This document shows, piece after piece, positions 59,401 through 64,000 of a stretch of DNA of 64,000 bases. Below the pieces are notes generated by a model, which worked only from the letters and a program-made list of their open reading frames with translations, did no database searches and was not told the DNA's origin. The stretch lies in the NCBI GenBank assembly GCA_003344405.1, contig NOWV01000021.1, positions 310,001 through 374,000 on the forward strand, in the 5' to 3' direction. Numbering within the stretch: the first letter of the stretch is position 1; each line of letters begins with the position of its first letter. Position numbers and translations under genes: made by a program. The stretch is from Trichoplax sp. H2. Its lineage: Eukaryota.

Positions 59401-61132
59401 TTGTATTCAAGTTGATCATCACACATTTAAAGAAAGACTAGCTGTACTAATTTACCATGCCAAAGTATATACTTCTATGCTCTAATTTAAACAAACGCGA
59501 TCTAAACTAATTCTAGCTTTTATTTCTCCACTCTAATTCATCAGCAGAAGGCCATCACTAATATATTAGCAACATTTTCTATTACCATTGTCATAACATG
59601 TATCTAATCATCTGCTATACTGTATTTATAACTATACTTAATAAATAGCTATAGCTATATTTATTAAAACCGTAGTTATACAAAATTGGTATAACTATAG
59701 TTATGTAATAGAATGAAGCTCTTCACACAATTTTATGACTTCTGATTCTCTATTTGAGGACAATTTATTACTTAGGTTGCTGAATGAACGGACACCTAAT
59801 AAATTAATCTACTTATTTCTATATTGCAAATGTCATTCCCTCTAGAATGGTAATACACCACTACATAATGCCGTTAGAAATGCTCATGTCCATTGTGTTA
59901 GACTTTTGCTTGCCAATGGAGCTGATCCAACCATGCAAAACCATGTAAACAATTTTTTTGATTCTTTTCTCAAGTACTATCCCAGTTAGATGATCGCTAA
60001 CCTTACGAGTTTAGAACAGAAGATATAAACAATCATTAAGTCAATTTATATATTAATTATCTGTTTATTAGATCTAAAACAACTAACATTAATCCAATAT
60101 TTTCCATAGCTTAGTGAAAGTGCCATCAATATAGCAAATCATGCTAATAATACAGAAATCTGTGAATTACTTGTCAATAAAAACCATCATGTAAGTCTAC
60201 CAGGTGAATAATTCAAATGTAAGAGCATAGGAATATTTACTTATTTCTACTGGATATTATTTTATATTAGGATGATAAGAATAAAAATGAAGAGAATGGT
60301 AACAAACCACGTTGTCCTTCAATCCTTCGACCCCATATCAAAGGTGAGCAAGAGGATTCTTACCAACATTTAATATTGATATATAATGATCCGATGGAAT
60401 CGTAAACTTTTTGCTCTTAATTTACGTTTAAGCTAGCATTTAAGATAAATAAACCTTATTTGCTTAAAAAATTTCATCCACAGCTTATAAATTTATAAAT
60501 AAGACTAGGTTTAGTATTGTAATCGTGATATTTTGGGGGCTACAATCTATCGTTATAGAATCCAAGTATTAGAAATACACAATTATGATTAAACTATGTT
60601 AATATGCAACATGTTTTCTTCGTTATTACTGCTAAAATATGAATATGAGTGCTTCTTTTAAAGATGTCTAGACTTTAATGGGTAAAATAACACTATATGA
60701 GCTATAAACATCTTAAAATGTTACAATTATATCAAAATATATTTTAATAGCGATTGTTTCCTTTATATTACACTCACAGATTTACAAAATGTGGCATTAA
60801 AAGACTCTATCGAAGGAGACATTGTCCAAAAGAATTTCGCTTGGATGTGTGAAATTATTAATACACCACGTTTGACTGATTTGCTATACACTAAAACCAT
60901 CCTAAATGATGACAATGTTCATAAAATTAATCAACAATCCAAATCAGAACAAAAAGCAGCAACATTACTAAATATTCTTATGCTATGTGATGTTCAGACA
61001 TTTTATACCTTAGTAGAAACGCTTAAATTAGTCGATTCTGTCCATCAAAAACTAGCTCATATATTAACGAAAGAAGTTTACGAGAAACGTAAACAGACGC
61101 AAGTTAAACCGGCTGCTTGCATTATTTCCTAA
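56488..61132 (+). CDS. Ankyrin-repeat protein with C-terminal CARD (death fold) and CaaX box, about 347 aa; exons (56488-56490, ATG tentative), 56557-56682, 58052-58156, 58778-58882, 59181-59279, 59846-59944, 60110-60190, 60271-60343, 60780-61132
   Basis: Spliced exons give ankyrin repeats: GGTPLHFACADGDVDAIQLLLCHGANP, GLAPIHFAAQDNHLECIKTL, EQVLHIATKNGYSDMTKWLIDHGADIN, GNTPLHNAVRNAHVHCVRLLLANGADP. The last exon has a CARD-like pattern (LTDLLYTKTILNDD...EQKAATLLNIL...FYTLVETLK...HQKLAHIL) and ends CIIS*. The 5' end is uncertain. Confidence 0.85.
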
Positions 61133-62107
61133 TTATATCATTTATAATAATTATTTGTGATAATCCATTAAGATAACGAACTATTATCTACTTATCGTAA
61201 AGTATGATGTAACGAATGGATTCTATATCATTCCAATGAAGAAACAAACATTCAATCTAGTTGAGAGTTGATACTTTGTTCTTATAGTAAATAGAAAATA
61301 TATTTAAAATCTATCTATCTATTGGCATAATCGTATCAAGATTAAAAAAAATATTTCTCACCATGAATCAGCAATCAATAAAATGGTATTATTTCATTTT
61401 ATTATATCTTTGATGGGGATGAAAACATAGCTATAATATTATGCATATTAGAGATAAACTGTAGAAGGATATACCAATAGTGCAAGAACTCTTGAAATTT
61501 TGGCTATTTGAGATCTACAGTACTGAAGAGAATAAGAATATTACAATTGCCAAATATAACCGTAACTGGATCTTTAAATAAAAAATTTTTGTTGGTGACT
61601 GCTACTGTAACTATATTGCAATATTGGTAAATTAAAAATTGTTATAACTTTTTACTTTGAAGTCAAATTCCAGTTCTGATTTTTTTTAAAGTCAGATAGA
61701 TGGATAAGTTAAGAACTGCAATAAAATGTTACCAGAATACTCATATGAGATTATTGAAAAAATCTTTGATACTTGGTAGCATATATCTTCTTGGTTTTCA
61801 ATATATTTTGATGAATTATATATTAGTAAAATTTTTATATTCAGTAAATTTCCTTCGAATATTTACTAAACTGAAAGACGAAATAGAAATGAAAATAAGA
61901 ATTCATACCATACAGGCACAAAATTATTGGAATGTGTACTATGGATCAATACGGCATAAAGTTATTCTGCTCTATTATTCTCAATCATACTTTTCAAAAT
62001 TAAATGCTCATAAAATCCAGAAATAATAAGCAATTAATGACAGGTAATAGCTTATTGACTATTTCTATTTTGCTTTCTATTGCTCAGCCTATGTTAATTA
62101 ATTATGC

Positions 62108-62151
62108 ATATGTTACGGTCTATAGACCGTAACATATAGACCGTAACATAT
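62108..62151. repeat. Perfect 30-bp palindrome followed by a direct repeat of one arm
   Basis: ATATGTTACGGTCTA|TAGACCGTAACATAT (62108-62137), then AGACCGTAACATAT again. Confidence 0.9.
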
Positions 62152-64000
62152 ATATTAAATTGCCATAGATCAGTTGATTACAGTCTGTAATTCAAACGCA
62201 CAACTATAAGCTATGTAGTTTAGAAAAACTGGTATAATTATTTGATAAGGATTGATGACTAGGAATAAACTGTGTTATAGTGATGCACTTCGTTTTTAAC
62301 TATAAGGATAGCTATATTTGATATAGTTAGATTACTAAGAATAGATATTATCGTGAAGCTAATATTAGATGATTGATAACTACTGCTGTATTTTAGAAAT
62401 TCTAGATGACTAATATTAGCCTGTTGATTAATTATAGTATGAGATTTACGTGACTAGAAAAACTATAATTGTGAAGATGCCCAACACCGAAAGGTGCTGG
62501 ACATTAATAGAGGAGTAGTGATATCATAAGTAGGACGATTCGGATTGTAGAAGATAATGATATTCTATTTGACAATAGCATTCTCTTTGACGATTCAAAT
62601 CTGATAGAAGATTAATTAAGTTGTTATAAATGGATTTGACGAAATATATTTAAGAAATGCTGAGATGAACTCATATAGAGAAAAGAGATTTCACGTCACT
62701 TTGAACTCAGAATACTTTAGATTTCAGACTAGATCCTGGTAGTAATTAATTATTGCTCTACCATTCCTAAAATCTTGTAATAAAGCCTTTTAGAAAATAT
62801 CATTTGATTAAGACAGTCACTGTGAGACACTTTTATTACAGTATAGATTTAAAGATTTACGTACATTATTTTACACTACTTCTCAAATTTATCGCCGAAA
62901 AAAGAAGTCTAATATAAAGAAAATTGTTCTTATTCTTTGTACTTTTTTAGTATCAAGACTATGCATCCATTAAAATAACCGTATTGTTATCATGCAGCAA
63001 TTACTCAGTTTATGATAGGTGAAGTTGGGCGGTTCGATTCTCAGATAAATAAGGCAATAATAGCCATTAGTGTAGAAGCTTTACTCGTCTTTATTCTTAT
63101 GAATGAAATTTCACAAAACCCTAAAAATTTTTTTAACTTACTGTACTCTGCAATATCACGTAATACTATAAAAACAACTGACAAATTATTTTTATGGCCC
63201 ATCTCGACCAAAGTAGAAATAAATTAGCCTGCTTGTGTTCTTCAGATTTGATATTACTCACAAAGGCGATGTTTTATATAAATGAAAAAAAATAGATTTT
63301 CTTTTAACTGCTAAATTATCTCAATGATTCCCTTCAGAACAGAAAAGTACCTTTACATTTTACTCAGCGTATATTCGTAAATAACTATAAATGTCATTAT
63401 TTGTTATTTAGATGAATGTAAATGAATTTTCATTCTACTTGCTGAGAATATCATATGATATTTTTCAGAACAGAAAAACAACTAGTAATGTTACCCCTAT
63501 GTGTATCTCATTAGCAATTTTATAAAATTAGATTTTTAGTATTGTACTTGCCGCACGCTTCAATTTTTATTTTCACCTATTAAAGAACTTCAATAGTACT
63601 GGTTATAATAAAAGAATATCCATTCATACTATATTATATAGTACTATATAATAAATAGTTGTCGACCTATTGTGCACGCAAGCCATTATCATTTTTTCGA
63701 TATGCAAAACACGTAAAAATTATTATAACTATATTTCTTCATCTATTTGCAAAGAACTGAAATTTATTTACTAGTTGGTGTTATAAAATAATAAACAACA
63801 ATTTTGCTATTTAATGTCTAATATTCTTTTCAATAATAAAGATTAGTAGTAAGTGTAATTGCTAAAACTGTCTTTCCTTTCATTTCGAGATTCAGATTAC
63901 AGATTTTCATTCACCTTAAAATAAATGGATATTAATATTTATAACAGCTAAGTTGGGAAGGTAGTAAGCTGATAGCACTAAAGTTTTAAACGTGTTTAAG

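Noticed and set aside
61440..62750. Hydrophobic or coding-like fragments suggesting a decayed GPCR or other pseudogene
   Set aside because: Many stops and no diagnostic motif; cannot be supported without BLASTX.
63016..63045. GGTTCGATTC B-box / tRNA T-loop-like word
   Set aside because: No T-stem, acceptor stem or cloverleaf around it.

Overview
AT-rich, intron-containing animal genomic DNA with short GT-AG introns, abundant TACAGTA/TACTGTA words and one 20-N assembly gap. The style suggests an early-branching metazoan such as the placozoan Trichoplax, which is inference only. Six protein genes can be built by hand: cytosolic Hsp90 (+, 5 exons, with an HSE), WDR20/DMWD (+, 4 exons), TOGARAM1/Crescerin (-, many exons, poly-Glu tract), a rhodopsin-class GPCR with an intronless CDS (+), a 12-exon hydantoinase/oxoprolinase-DUF917 fusion enzyme (+), and an ankyrin-repeat + CARD protein ending in a CaaX box (+). 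The non-coding DNA carries many short degenerate tandem duplications and a few perfect palindromes, one of which recurs 19 kb away. The most interesting items are the predicted prenylated ANK-CARD protein, the microbial-type hydantoinase-DUF917 fusion and the Hsp90-WDR20 adjacency that recalls human 14q32.
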